DNA of 63,763 bases, the filler included, from an uncultured Methanospirillum sp. (GTDB taxonomy: Archaea > Halobacteriota > Methanomicrobia > Methanomicrobiales > Methanospirillaceae), in the NCBI GenBank assembly GCA_964637135.1. It is 4 parts of 3 records of this genome, joined end to end, with 100 filler letters (N's around TTAATTAATTAA, not from the genome) between each part and the next. Parts side by side here need not be neighbours in the genome. Positions count along the whole stretch, not along the records: positions 6,845 to 37,991 come from CAZWTX010000031.1; positions 38,092 to 63,763 come from CAZWTX010000035.1; 2 more parts are not named here. The stretch is one strand, 5' to 3'. Shown here piece after piece: positions 30,712 through 41,071 of this stretch (position 1 is its first letter; the number at the start of each line of letters is the position of its first letter). The notes below the pieces were generated by a model. That model had not been told where the DNA came from. It worked only from the letters and a program-made list of their open reading frames with translations, and did not search any database. Position numbers and translations under genes: made by a program.

Positions 30712-32232
30712 TTAATTCGTAGAATCAGGTTCTTTATCATCCTGAGCAGGCACTTCATCCCGACGCATCTGGGGGAAGAGGATCACTTCCTTGATCGAGG
30801 TGTTCCCGGTAATGAGCATCACCAGCCGATCGATACCGATACCGACACCGCCGGTCGGTGGCATCCCGTACCCGAGAGCGTTCACAAAATCATAATCATG
30901 CATCTGGGCTTCTTCATCCCCGAGTCTCCGTTTCTCCTCCTGGGCTTCGAAACGCTCCACCTGGTCAAGCGGATCGTTCAATTCAGAGAACCCGTTGGCA
31001 AGTTCCATACCGGCAACAAAGAGCTCGAACCGCTCGACAAAACCCTCTTTCTCCCGGTGAACCTTGGCAAGCGGGGAGTTTTCGATCGGAAAGTCGGCGA
31101 TGAAGGTTGGCTGAACCAGTTTATCTTCGACGAGGGCTTCAAAGAATAGAAGAAGCATCTCCCGATGATTCGTTGCCGATTCGAGGCCCTCTATCTTCTT
31201 TTGCCTCCCGATGGCCTGCAGCTCATCCATTGACAGGGCAAACACATCCACCCCGCCGAGTGTCCTGACTGCCTCCTCCATCGTGATCTTCTGCCATGGC
31301 GGTTCAAATGAGATCTCCCTGCCCTCATAGGTAACCGCACAGCCACCGGTGACAGACCGGACAATACCGCTGACGACCTCTTCTGTCAGGTGCATCATAT
31401 CGGTATAATCAGCGTATGCCTGGTAGATCTCCACCGTCGTGAACTCGGGGTTGTGGCTGGTATCGATATCTTCGTTCCTGAAGTTCTTAGCCACTTCAAA
31501 GACCTTTTCAAATCCCCCGACAACCAGCCGCTTGAGGTAGAGTTCGGGTGCGATACGCATGTAGAGTTTCTGTTCAAGGAAATTGTGGAATGATGTAAAC
31601 GGACGGGCGTTCGCACCGCCGTAGATCGGCTGCAGGATAGGGGTCTCGAACTCGAGAAATCCGTCATCGGTCAGGATTGTTCTGAGCATCGAGATGATCC
31701 GGCTCCTCACCCGGAATGTCTCCCGGCTCTCCTCGTTAACGATGAGATCAAGGTATCGCTGGCGGTACCGTTTCTCAAGGTTCGTCAGGCCGTGGAACTT
31801 TTCAGGAAGCGGGCAGAGGGTTTTAGTCAGGACCACGAAATCATCGACGAAGATGGTGATCTCACCGACCTTCGTCCTGAACACCCTTCCCGTTACCCCG
31901 ATAATATCTCCCCGTTCCATGCACGATTTGAAGAGATCGAACTTGCCCTCCGGGAGATCGTTCTTCCTGATGTAGAGCTGGATCCTTCCGCTCTCATCCC
32001 TGAGATCGGCAAAGAAGGTCTTTCCATGGTCACGGATGGTGTACAGCCTTCCTGCGGTCCTCACCACTTCTGTAGACGGATCGTGGGTTGCATCCGGAAA
32101 ATTCGACAGGATCTCCGCTACCGTATGTGAACGGGCATATTCCGGAGGGTACATCGGAACTCCTGACGCTATCAGCTGGTCCCGTTTCGCAATTCGTTGT
32201 TGATCAAACTGGAGGGCTGGATTCTCCTGCAT
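30712..32232 (-). CDS. lysS: Lysine--tRNA ligase, class II
   Basis: OB-fold anticodon domain, RYRQRYLDLI, GGANARPF, RIAPELYLKRL, FRNE...HNPEFT and GMPPTGG.GIGIDRL. Confidence 0.98.
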   Translation of the reverse strand: MQENPALQFDQQRIAKRDQLIASGVPMYPPEYARSHTVAEILSNFPDATHDPSTEVVRTAGRLYTIRDHGKTFFADLRDESGRIQLYIRKNDLPEGKFDLFKSCMERGDIIGVTGRVFRTKVGEITIFVDDFVVLTKTLCPLPEKFHGLTNLEKRYRQRYLDLIVNEESRETFRVRSRIISMLRTILTDDGFLEFETPILQPIYGGANARPFTSFHNFLEQKLYMRIAPELYLKRLVVGGFEKVFEVAKNFRNEDIDTSHNPEFTTVEIYQAYADYTDMMHLTEEVVSGIVRSVTGGCAVTYEGREISFEPPWQKITMEEAVRTLGGVDVFALSMDELQAIGRQKKIEGLESATNHREMLLLFFEALVEDKLVQPTFIADFPIENSPLAKVHREKEGFVERFELFVAGMELANGFSELNDPLDQVERFEAQEEKRRLGDEEAQMHDYDFVNALGYGMPPTGGVGIGIDRLVMLITGNTSIKEVILFPQMRRDEVPAQDDKEPDSTN

Positions 32233-32386
32233 TTATAGTTCCTCTCACTCTCATGGCCGGAATGATGATTATGGACTATTCCGGTCCTTTATGGGTGGTA
32301 AAAGACGGGGGCATCATCCCGTCCGGGGTATCTGTACATGTTGCCCTGCCGGGTATATAGCATCACGGAGAAAAAACGGGGGCGTA

Positions 32387-33694
32387 TCAGGAACGCCTTC
32401 CCAGGAAAATAAAAACGGCTGCGAGAACGAGGATGAGTACCGCCGGCGCCGGCCAGGGTGTATCTGTTTCCGTTCCAGTCTTCTTATTCATGACCGTATT
32501 CACCTGGAGAACCTGGCCGGGAGTAACCTGAACGGATGAACTATACTCCTCGTACCCGGGCAGGGTGAGCGTATAGGTATGTGATCCTGAACAGACGGTA
32601 TCTATAGTGGATGGGGTCTTTCCACGGAAGGTGCCGTCGACGCTGATCTCTGCACCTGCAGGATCTGACGTCAGGATGAGCTGACCGCAATCCTGAGGCA
32701 TAGGGCTTGGATATAACCGGGCTGCCATAGATGCGATCTCCCCGGGTCTGACCTGGACGATCTCCTGGATATCCTGGTAATTTTTCATGCTCGCATAGAC
32801 ATGGTAACTGCCGGGAACCAGTTCGGTGATCTCAAGAGGTCGCCCGGTCTCGGTGATTCCTGAAAAGGCCCCATTCAGGAAGACAGATGCGCCAGGCGGT
32901 TCGGAGGTGATGGCGACGGATCCGTTCTTCGGGACAGACGGCTGGCTCAGCACCACGTTGATGACTGCCTGTTCTTTTACATTGATCACGACCCATTCCT
33001 CATAATCCTCATATCCGGCCCGGCTTACCCTGATCTGGTGCCGGCCTGGCGGGATATTCCCGACCACCGTGTTTGTGATCCCTGCATATACCCCGTCCAC
33101 GTAAATTGAGGCTCCTGGAGGCTCAGAGGTCACCGTCAGGGAACCCGAACCGGTCCTGACAGTCATCGGGGCATGAATCTCGGTCGTTTTTCCAGGAATG
33201 ATCTCCACATTCTTCACATACGGGTCATACCCGGAGAGAAAGAGCGAGACCAGATGAACACCGACAGGAACATTCCGGTATGTCCAGGGAGTCATCTGGG
33301 TATTTCCATTATCCACGGAGACCATGGCACCAGACGGTGAAGAAGTTACCATGAGGGTTCCCCCCGGTGATACCGGGGACAGGGTGACCCTGACCGGCAC
33401 AACGGTTCCATGGACCGGAACATGCTCCATCAGTTTCTCCCACGGGAGATACCCCTGCATCACGAGTCTGAGAACCGTCCCGTTCTGTGCCGTTTCCATA
33501 ACCGGGACCAGTACCGGTGTCTCACCCTGGAAAACCCCGTTCATGATCACGTCTGCCCCGGCGGGAGTGGAGGTGACCTCATAAAACCCGGGCTGCTCCT
33601 GTGCAGATATTCCCGGGCACCCGGCTGTCAGCAGGAGCAGGATACCGACGAACACGAATAATTCTGAACGGTAACCCATCAGAACGCTCTTCAT
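32387..33694 (-). CDS. Cell-surface PEGA-repeat protein (5 PEGA domains) with a C-terminal sorting-signal-like TM anchor
   Basis: Five TS.P.GA.V..(N/D)G repeats; C-terminus TPWPAPAVLILVLAAVFIFLGRRS. Start is 33694 or 33679. Confidence 0.88.
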   Translation of the reverse strand: MKSVLMGYRSELFVFVGILLLLTAGCPGISAQEQPGFYEVTSTPAGADVIMNGVFQGETPVLVPVMETAQNGTVLRLVMQGYLPWEKLMEHVPVHGTVVPVRVTLSPVSPGGTLMVTSSPSGAMVSVDNGNTQMTPWTYRNVPVGVHLVSLFLSGYDPYVKNVEIIPGKTTEIHAPMTVRTGSGSLTVTSEPPGASIYVDGVYAGITNTVVGNIPPGRHQIRVSRAGYEDYEEWVVINVKEQAVINVVLSQPSVPKNGSVAITSEPPGASVFLNGAFSGITETGRPLEITELVPGSYHVYASMKNYQDIQEIVQVRPGEIASMAARLYPSPMPQDCGQLILTSDPAGAEISVDGTFRGKTPSTIDTVCSGSHTYTLTLPGYEEYSSSVQVTPGQVLQVNTVMNKKTGTETDTPWPAPAVLILVLAAVFIFLGRRS

Positions 33695-33955
33695 GAGAGT
33701 GATATTCGCATCATTCAGGTAAGGATTCACCGCATTGGTGTTGTATCCCGGCCCCGGCCGGCTGACACCCGGTTGATCAGAACACCGGTACCGGGTGGGC
33801 AGGATTATCCGGCAGACCCGCATCCGGTACCAGGAATACCTGTACCTCCCCGTTGTACGGCGTACCAGGGAGGATATTTATGAGATCCGACCCTATGAAA
33901 AGAATAGAAAAGCATCATCCGTAACCATCCGGGACAGCAATTCTGGGGCTGGGTT

Positions 33956-35362
33956 GTGAGGATCATCAGCAGGAGGGGTGCCTGCATTGGGATATGGTAC
34001 GGGATCATCATCATCTCTCTTCTTGCCGGAGCGCACGCTTCGTCATCTCCCGAACTGCCGTTTGCCGAAGATACCCTGACTGCGGAAAATGCAGGAGACT
34101 TCCTGACTGAAGGAGATCTTCTTGTCCGGAGCAACGGAATCAGGGAGATCTACGGGGTTACCGGGAAGGCGATGAAGGTCGGGGTGATCGGAAACGGCGT
34201 CGAATCACTGGCACTCTCCCAGTCAAAAGGGGAACTCGGGCCGGTTACCGTTCTCGCCACTGGAACCGGGGATGAGGGAACTGCGATGCTTGAGATTATT
34301 CACGACATCGTTCCCGATTCAGAACTTGTTTTTCATAGTTACGGGAGTAATTCGTCAACATTCAAGCAGGCAGTTTCAGATCTCGCTGCATACGGGTGTA
34401 ATGTCATCTGTGATGATCTCTATTTCTTCAGGCAGCCGTTCATGCAGGACGGGGACGTGGCAGAACACATCAGACAGGTTCTGAACCAGTACCCTGATCT
34501 CATATATGTCACGGTATCCGGAAACTTCGCCCTCCTTCATTACCAGGGGGAATGGACAGCCGGTCAGGAGATCGCCCCTGGCAGGACCCTTCACGAATTT
34601 ATTCGCGGTGACGATGCCATCAACATCACCCTGCCTGCAGGCGGCAGCCTGATCGCAACCCTCCAGTGGGACGATCCCTGGGACCGGGCAATCACTGATT
34701 ATGATCTTGAACTGGTCGATTCGCAGACAGGGGTAGTTATTGCCAGGAGCAATTTTTTACAGGGCAATGGTGCCGATCCATTCGAACATATCGCCTATAC
34801 CGGCACGTTTCCCGGGCAGGCAGCGCTCGCCCTCCGTATTGTCAGGAACGGGGATACTGTTTCCCAGAATACCCTCGAACTCTTCATAAGAAACCTCGAT
34901 CCTGCATGCGTGGCAGACCAGTATGTCAAGGATCCTGCCGATTCAATTTTCGGACATGCAGCCATTCCAGAAGTGATTACCGTCGGATCGGTCGTCAACG
35001 GCGATCCATACCAGATCTCCCCTGATTCATCCCGCGGTCCGGTCACGATCCGGTACCCGGAACCGTCCATACGGCTGAAACCGGATATCTGTGCACCAAC
35101 GAACGTCAGGGTGAGCGGGTCAGGGAACTTTCCCACCCGGTTTCCGGGAACCAGTGCTGCTGCCCCCCACGTGGCCGGGGTGATCGCCATGCTGAAGAGT
35201 GCCTTCCCAAAGACCACCCGCGATGACATCAGGCAGATCATTTATGATACGGCTCAGGATCTCGGGACACCCGGGTGGGATGAGACATACGGGTATGGCA
35301 TGATCAATGCGGAGAAAGCCTACCAGGTATTGTATAACCGCGTCAGTCCGATCTTCTCCTGA
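33956..35362 (+). CDS. Secreted S8-family (S53-like subgroup) serine peptidase
   Basis: GDEGTAMLEIIHDI, SGN, KPDI.AP, FPGTSAAAPHVAG and YGYG.INA; signal peptide present. Confidence 0.9.
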   Translation: MRIISRRGACIGIWYGIIIISLLAGAHASSSPELPFAEDTLTAENAGDFLTEGDLLVRSNGIREIYGVTGKAMKVGVIGNGVESLALSQSKGELGPVTVLATGTGDEGTAMLEIIHDIVPDSELVFHSYGSNSSTFKQAVSDLAAYGCNVICDDLYFFRQPFMQDGDVAEHIRQVLNQYPDLIYVTVSGNFALLHYQGEWTAGQEIAPGRTLHEFIRGDDAINITLPAGGSLIATLQWDDPWDRAITDYDLELVDSQTGVVIARSNFLQGNGADPFEHIAYTGTFPGQAALALRIVRNGDTVSQNTLELFIRNLDPACVADQYVKDPADSIFGHAAIPEVITVGSVVNGDPYQISPDSSRGPVTIRYPEPSIRLKPDICAPTNVRVSGSGNFPTRFPGTSAAAPHVAGVIAMLKSAFPKTTRDDIRQIIYDTAQDLGTPGWDETYGYGMINAEKAYQVLYNRVSPIFS

Positions 35363-35368
35363 CCGGGA

Positions 35369-37450
35369 TTATGGCAGGACATATGATCTCCGGGACAGTT
35401 CCCTGACGAGGAGATCCAGGGAAAGCCGGTCTGCATACCAGAATTTTTCCAGGCAGTGTTCAGGAATGAGCCCGGCAAGGGGGATCTCCCTGGTGGGAAG
35501 ATTCCCGGCTGCAGGAACGAGATCTTCCCACGAACCTATTCCCTCTGTAACAGAACGGATACCCGACGGAGTGATCCCGGTACCGGAGAGAAGGATGGAG
35601 AGATCATCAGACCCGAGATACCGGCATCCGTTTGCAGAGAGATACCGGCCAAGAATCCGGTTCCAGGTCTCCCCAAGAAACGTGTACATCCTGAGCCGGG
35701 AGCCCTCCCCTAAGATCACGATACGATCGCTTCCTGTTCCTTCAGGAAACCGGGAGATGAACTCTGCGAGTCCATCATGTACCGGTCCGGGGAGCGGGAT
35801 GGGAGAATCGCCCTTCGTAACGAGATCTGCAACCGCCGAAAGGAGAAGTGTGCTGGTTCCCGGGCTGCTTCCTTTCCACCGGGGGGGGCGGGCTTCTCCC
35901 CGGTGTCTTCTCACCGTCATCCGATCATCACCAGTAGAATCCTCCGCTCTCCATGGGATACCGCCAAGCAGGAACGGACTATCTCGGTCAGATGATTCCC
36001 CGATCCTCCCGATCACATCTCCTTCTGCAGAGACCACCTCAACGGTGGGCTCTGTACCGATCAGGGTGAAGAGACTGGCTGATCCCCCTCCATCGATCCG
36101 GTCAAGTTCCCTCCCGGCCCTGAGGAGATCATTGTCCCTCTCCAGGTATCCGAGAGTGGAGAGGTGGACGAGGATGTCCATGATATCATCCTCCGGTATC
36201 GCCCGGTACCGCTCTGCGGCAAGAAACCGGCTGACAAGATCAGGGACTGCAACCTTCCCGTGATCCCTGACCAGGAGGAGGATCTCCCTGACCAGGAGAT
36301 CAAAGGGGTACCGGGGAATGCGGACCGGTTCCACCAATCCTTCGGCAGCGGCTAAGATGGCCGCTACCGTGCGTGCGATCGCCTCGGGCGTATCGAGAAT
36401 AAATCCCATCCTGGCCGGTCCGTCCCGGCGGCCTGACCTGCCGAGACGCTGAAGAAGCGATGAGACCGATGACGGCGGGCCGTACTGAAGAACGAAATCA
36501 AGATCCCCGATATCAAGGCCGAGTTCAAGGGTACTGGTACAGATGATCAGGGCAGCATGGTTCCGGGAGAAGACCTGCTCGGTGCCGGTACGGAGCGATC
36601 CTGATAATGCAGCGTGATGCACCATCAGTCCGGGCAGGGTTGGCCTGAGAATGCCTGCGATCTCTTCCGATTTTCTCCTGCTTGGTGTAAAAAGAAGTAC
36701 CCGCCGGTCTGTTGCGAGCGCCGTGACCTGCCGGGCCAGTTCCCCGTCCCCCCCGGTAAGAAACCTGAATTCCCGTGCCCGGGGTGTTGTATCTCCCCGC
36801 ACGATCCTGGCCGGCCTGCCGGCTCCCGAGAGCCATCTGACAACGGTTTCCGGATTGCCGATGGTTGCAGAGAGCCCGATCCGGCAGATATGGGTTCCTG
36901 CCAGCTGCTCCAGCTCTTCAATGGAAGAGAGGAGCTGAGCACCGCGTGAAGAACCGGCAAGGAGGTGAACTTCATCAATGATACAGAACCGGATGGATCC
37001 TCCCGGCCTGAGGTGACGCGATCCGTGGAGAAGGATCTGGAGACTTTCAGGAGTGGTACACAGGACAGCCGGGGGATCCCCGTCACGATCCGGCCATCCT
37101 TCATGCCGGTCACCATGCCAGACCGCTCCCCCAAGGTGAAGCGGGGTAAGGAGGCGATCCAACCGGGAAGCGATATCGTTGATGAGTGCCCTGACCGGGG
37201 CCACGTACAGGCATAGTGGAAGCGGGGCAGCCTGGGAGAGGAGCTGATCGAGGACCGGGATCAGGGCTGCTTCGCTCTTCCCGCCGGCCGTTCCTGCCAT
37301 GACAAGGGTATCATATCCGTTTATAACCGCGAGGTATGCTTCTTCCTGGACCGGCCGGAGATCTGACCAGCGAAGCGTCCCGGAAAGAACCTGGCGGAGA
37401 GTCGGGTGGAGTGCCTGGTAGATCCCTCCGTCGGGGATGATGGTATCCAT
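35369..37450 (-). CDS. Lhr-like SF2 helicase (core only)
   Basis: AGTAGGKSEA, TTPESL, DEVH, GLSAT, TSTLELGLDIG and QRLGRSGRR. Confidence 0.92.
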   Translation of the reverse strand: MDTIIPDGGIYQALHPTLRQVLSGTLRWSDLRPVQEEAYLAVINGYDTLVMAGTAGGKSEAALIPVLDQLLSQAAPLPLCLYVAPVRALINDIASRLDRLLTPLHLGGAVWHGDRHEGWPDRDGDPPAVLCTTPESLQILLHGSRHLRPGGSIRFCIIDEVHLLAGSSRGAQLLSSIEELEQLAGTHICRIGLSATIGNPETVVRWLSGAGRPARIVRGDTTPRAREFRFLTGGDGELARQVTALATDRRVLLFTPSRRKSEEIAGILRPTLPGLMVHHAALSGSLRTGTEQVFSRNHAALIICTSTLELGLDIGDLDFVLQYGPPSSVSSLLQRLGRSGRRDGPARMGFILDTPEAIARTVAAILAAAEGLVEPVRIPRYPFDLLVREILLLVRDHGKVAVPDLVSRFLAAERYRAIPEDDIMDILVHLSTLGYLERDNDLLRAGRELDRIDGGGSASLFTLIGTEPTVEVVSAEGDVIGRIGESSDRDSPFLLGGIPWRAEDSTGDDRMTVRRHRGEARPPRWKGSSPGTSTLLLSAVADLVTKGDSPIPLPGPVHDGLAEFISRFPEGTGSDRIVILGEGSRLRMYTFLGETWNRILGRYLSANGCRYLGSDDLSILLSGTGITPSGIRSVTEGIGSWEDLVPAAGNLPTREIPLAGLIPEHCLEKFWYADRLSLDLLVRELSRRSYVLP

Positions 37451-37854
37451 CAGGAAAGCTGGAACACCATTCTGATCTGTGCCTCAAGCTGCGGTCTAGG
37501 CAGAGCCCCTGCCAGCTGGTGCACTACCTGGCCATGGTGATAGAAGAGAAGGGCGGGGATTGCAGAAATGCCATACTGGTATGCGAGACTCTGGTTCTCA
37601 TCGGTGTTGCATTTTCCGAATGAAACCTGTCCGTCATACGCTGCAGCCAGTTCCTCGATGACCGGGCCGAGCATCCGGCATGGTCCGCACCAGGGAGCCC
37701 AGAAATCGATCACCAGGTTTTGATGCGCTCCGATGACTGCCTGGATGTTCTCCTGCGTGATCGGGATGATGCCCCCGTGCCCGCCCGGATTTTCGAGCCT
37801 GCTTCTCATCTCCTGTAGCTTTTTTTCGCGAATCTGCTGCAGATCATCATCCAT
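37450..37854 (-). CDS. trxA: Thioredoxin
   Basis: [10 protein letters not shown] active site and the archaeal N-terminal extension MDDDLQQIR. Confidence 0.95.
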   Translation of the reverse strand: MDDDLQQIREKKLQEMRSRLENPGGHGGIIPITQENIQAVIGAHQNLVIDFWAPWCGPCRMLGPVIEELAAAYDGQVSFGKCNTDENQSLAYQYGISAIPALLFYHHGQVVHQLAGALPRPQLEAQIRMVFQLS

Positions 37855-37946
37855 AAGAGATGATTGAGGTTTGAGGTAAAAATGATTCCAACCTGGCGAA
37901 TAAAAACGTATATATGAGAATAAACGAAACATTAGTTCCCAAGTTT

Positions 37947-37991
37947 AGCGAGGTGGGGTAGTCAGGATATCCCGACGGGCTCATAACCCGT
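37947..37991 (+). tRNA. Initiator tRNA-Met(CAT), 3' half lost at the contig end
   Basis: AGCGAGGTGGGGTAGTCAGGATATCCCGACGGGCTCATAACCCGT: A at position 1, anticodon CAT, and three consecutive G-C pairs in the anticodon stem. Confidence 0.9.
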
Positions 37992-38091
37992 NNNNNNNNN
38001 NNNNNNNNNNNNNNNNNNNNNNNNNNNNNNNNNNNTTAATTAATTAANNNNNNNNNNNNNNNNNNNNNNNNNNNNNNNNNNNNNNNNNNNN
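37992..38091. other. Artificial contig linker
   Basis: TTAATTAATTAA at 38036-38047 within Ns. Confidence 0.97.
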
Positions 38092-38549
38092 CATATAAAG
38101 GGGGTTAGAATCGCCCGTACCAAAGCACGTACAAGGAGGATCGGATCGAAAGTCACTGTATCCATCGACTGATGAACGGGCATCCATAGCAGACCCTGAT
38201 ACCGGGATATATACCCCCTAATCACGCATAAACGCCCGGAATGGTGATTAATTTAAAGGTACATGTTGCATGAGATAAATGTGCGTTAATTCAGGAAAAT
38301 AAGGCAAATATGGGCGAATTTTGGTTAGTATCAGTCCTGGAAGCGGGGTGACGAATCATATCACGACTCCCGGCAGGGAAGCCTCAAAAGAGCCAATTTT
38401 AACCCCATAAGCAGGATTGCTCAAATATATCGTCATAGATCTCTCTTCCTTGAAAAATAGACGAATCGTGATAATCCCGGTTAGNNNNNNNNNNTCCATC
38501 CCCCGGATTTCAGGTATAGTTCACAATTCTAAAATATATCGCCCGCATA

Positions 38550-39830
38550 GTGAATAAAATGCGAAAGAAGATCACCGTTTTTCTCGATGTGAGAGTATTC
38601 ATGCTCCTATTGTGTATCGCATCTCTTTCTCCGGTATATGCACTAACTGAAGAAGAAAATGGATCACCTGATGAGATTACCCTCTATGCAGTTGTGCCAA
38701 AAAGCGGTGATCTGTCACAACTCGGGATTGCATCAGAGACAGCAATAGTACAGGCTGTTGATGATTTCAACTTATTTTACCAAACAATTGGATCTCCTCG
38801 AATTATCAGTCTAAAAACACAGGAAATTTCATCTGATCCGGCATCTGCCCTGACAGCCGTACAGCAGTTGCATGAAAATGGTACTAACATGATCATCGGG
38901 TTTTTCAGTAGTTCTCAACTGAAGGCGGTTAAGCCGTATGCCGATGAACAGGGGATCCTCATTTTATCCACCGGAAGTTCTTCTAACTCTCTTTCTATCC
39001 CTGATGACAACATATTACGGTTTAATCCGGATGATACGGCCCAGGGAGATGCACTCAGTTTTCTTCTTGAACGGGAGGGGATCAGGGAAATAATTCCCCT
39101 GGTTCGAGAGGATCTCTGGGACAATTTTAATACGATGACTATTCTGGGCAGTCCGATGAACGAAATCCCACCAGATGAAGTGGTCAGGTATGATCCCGGA
39201 ACAGAAGGATATGATGAAGTGATATCCCGTCTCGATTCGACGACCGGATTTATCGCTCAACAGACTGGAGATACAGACGTTGCGGTTCTGGCGTTTACAT
39301 TTGATGATATTGTCCTGATTATGGAGGAAGCATCCAATGAAAAGAAGTATCCAAACCTCACACATATCCGGTTCATCGGTACTGATGGAAATACCCTTAA
39401 TCCGGAACTTTTAACCTCACCTGTGGCAGCAGGTTTCGGGGTTGACCATGGTTTTATCGGATACACCCTTTACATCAGTGACCTTGGGACCAGCATAGAG
39501 CATGATAACATTGTGAAAAAACTTGGCTACGAGCCAAACGGGTATGCATATGCATCGTATGATATGGCCGGAATCGCAGCACAGACCGCATTTCTCCATG
39601 GGTCAGATAACATTGAAACATTAAAAGAGGCTGTATTAACATCCGCCAATCATTATCGTGGAATATTGGCAGCAGGAACCCTGAATGCTGCAGGTGATCG
39701 GATTCGGACATATTATGCATTCTGGAAACTGGAGAAAGAGCCGGATGGATCTATTGCATGGAATATTTCCGGCGTCTGGGAGAAGATCAATCCGAACAGG
39801 GCTGCGTCGGTAGTCAATTATTCCCCATGA
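38550..39830 (+). CDS. Extracellular solute-binding protein (LivJ/type I periplasmic binding fold)
   Basis: Signal peptide; P.SGDLS..G, IIG..SS, LS.GS...LS...D..LRF.P.D..QG and YA..SYD; visibly AT-richer than the core genes. Confidence 0.82.
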   Translation: MNKMRKKITVFLDVRVFMLLLCIASLSPVYALTEEENGSPDEITLYAVVPKSGDLSQLGIASETAIVQAVDDFNLFYQTIGSPRIISLKTQEISSDPASALTAVQQLHENGTNMIIGFFSSSQLKAVKPYADEQGILILSTGSSSNSLSIPDDNILRFNPDDTAQGDALSFLLEREGIREIIPLVREDLWDNFNTMTILGSPMNEIPPDEVVRYDPGTEGYDEVISRLDSTTGFIAQQTGDTDVAVLAFTFDDIVLIMEEASNEKKYPNLTHIRFIGTDGNTLNPELLTSPVAAGFGVDHGFIGYTLYISDLGTSIEHDNIVKKLGYEPNGYAYASYDMAGIAAQTAFLHGSDNIETLKEAVLTSANHYRGILAAGTLNAAGDRIRTYYAFWKLEKEPDGSIAWNISGVWEKINPNRAASVVNYSP

Positions 39831-40135
39831 GGAAGAACTGATTATTCACCACTTTTTTGGCTTTCTTAAAACAGGTATAAGCCGGGATGGTTGCACCTGG
39901 ATATCTGAAAACACCTTCTCACCGTATACGAATAAGATCGGTATTCAGCTGATGATGCATTTCCATCCTGAGTAGAACCATCAGGGAACCGGATTACTCA
40001 GCAGGGCATTACCAAATCAATCCCATCCGGACCCTTACCGGTTCAATGCTCCGGGGTTCACACCAACGAAAAGGAGGGACAGGAAGGATGATCCAGACAG
40101 AACCGGACCTTCCTCAGTAAAACCGTGAACAGATA

Positions 40136-40636
40136 TCACGCCCGGTGATACGCCTCTGTGAGGGCTGCCAGATCGATCTTCTTCATCCGGAGCATGACAG
40201 CCATAACCCGTTGTGCCTTCCCGGTATCAGGGTCAGAGAGGTAGTCTGCCATCGCCTCAGGAATAACCTGCCAGGAAATACCAAATCTGTCTTTTAACCA
40301 CCCGCACTGCTGTGCTGCGGGATCTCCTCCTTCAGAAAGCCGCTCCCAGAAATAATCGATCTCCTCCTGGTCCGTACACGTAATGATGAAGGAGACGGCT
40401 TCGGAGAACGGGAACTGCGGGCCCCCATTCAACGCAACAAAGGGAGTACCATCAAGGGTGAATTCCACCGTCAGTACACTTCCTTCAGGCTTATGATGAA
40501 ATTCAAACCCTTCCTTGCCATATCTGGCGATCCTTCCGATGGAAGACCGCTGAAAAACCGAGGTGTAAAACCGTGCAGCCTCTTCAGCTTCGGTATCAAA
40601 CCAGAGGCAGGGAGAAATCCGGTGAACAGATGCCAT
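40136..40636 (-). CDS. VOC/PhnB-like protein (3-demethylubiquinone-9 3-methyltransferase family)
   Basis: ISPCLWFD..AEEAA.FY, ALNGGPQF, QEEIDYFW..L and CGWLKDRFG.SWQ. Confidence 0.93.
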   Translation of the reverse strand: MASVHRISPCLWFDTEAEEAARFYTSVFQRSSIGRIARYGKEGFEFHHKPEGSVLTVEFTLDGTPFVALNGGPQFPFSEAVSFIITCTDQEEIDYFWERLSEGGDPAAQQCGWLKDRFGISWQVIPEAMADYLSDPDTGKAQRVMAVMLRMKKIDLAALTEAYHRA

Positions 40637-41071
40637 ATCTACTCTATCACAGGTACTTATTTGTTTCAATTCCCCTGGCCTGTTCCTGGCAACACGGACA
40701 TGAGCGGTATGCCGGGTCGGGTTCGTATCTCCGAATCAAAGGCTATCGACAATATTTACCGGGAGGTACACTTCACACCAGGTCGGCATGAAAAGTCCGG
40801 GTCATTTTAACCTACCATATCTTCTCTCGCACCGTAATCCAAACGGGAATGTTCAGGGGAGTGAGAGCCGGAGGATGATTGCACCAGCATAGCAGGTTCG
40901 ATGAATTCACCGCTCACCTCAACCATCCGGGTTTCATGAGATCGCTGAAAAACCGGGAACCCGGTGTGGTCATAAGCGGGCACAAGACTCATGAGCCGGT
41001 CTGGTTCCGTTCATCATGTTCTCTCCCTGATATCGCAATACTATTCATACCAGCACAGATACAGTACGATC

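Noticed and set aside
35307..36263. Long alternative-frame and antisense ORFs (for example 35307..36263+, 24692..25591+, 47715..48509+, 57029..57892-)
   Set aside because: They are shadows of well-supported genes on the opposite strand in GC-rich DNA and carry no motifs of their own.
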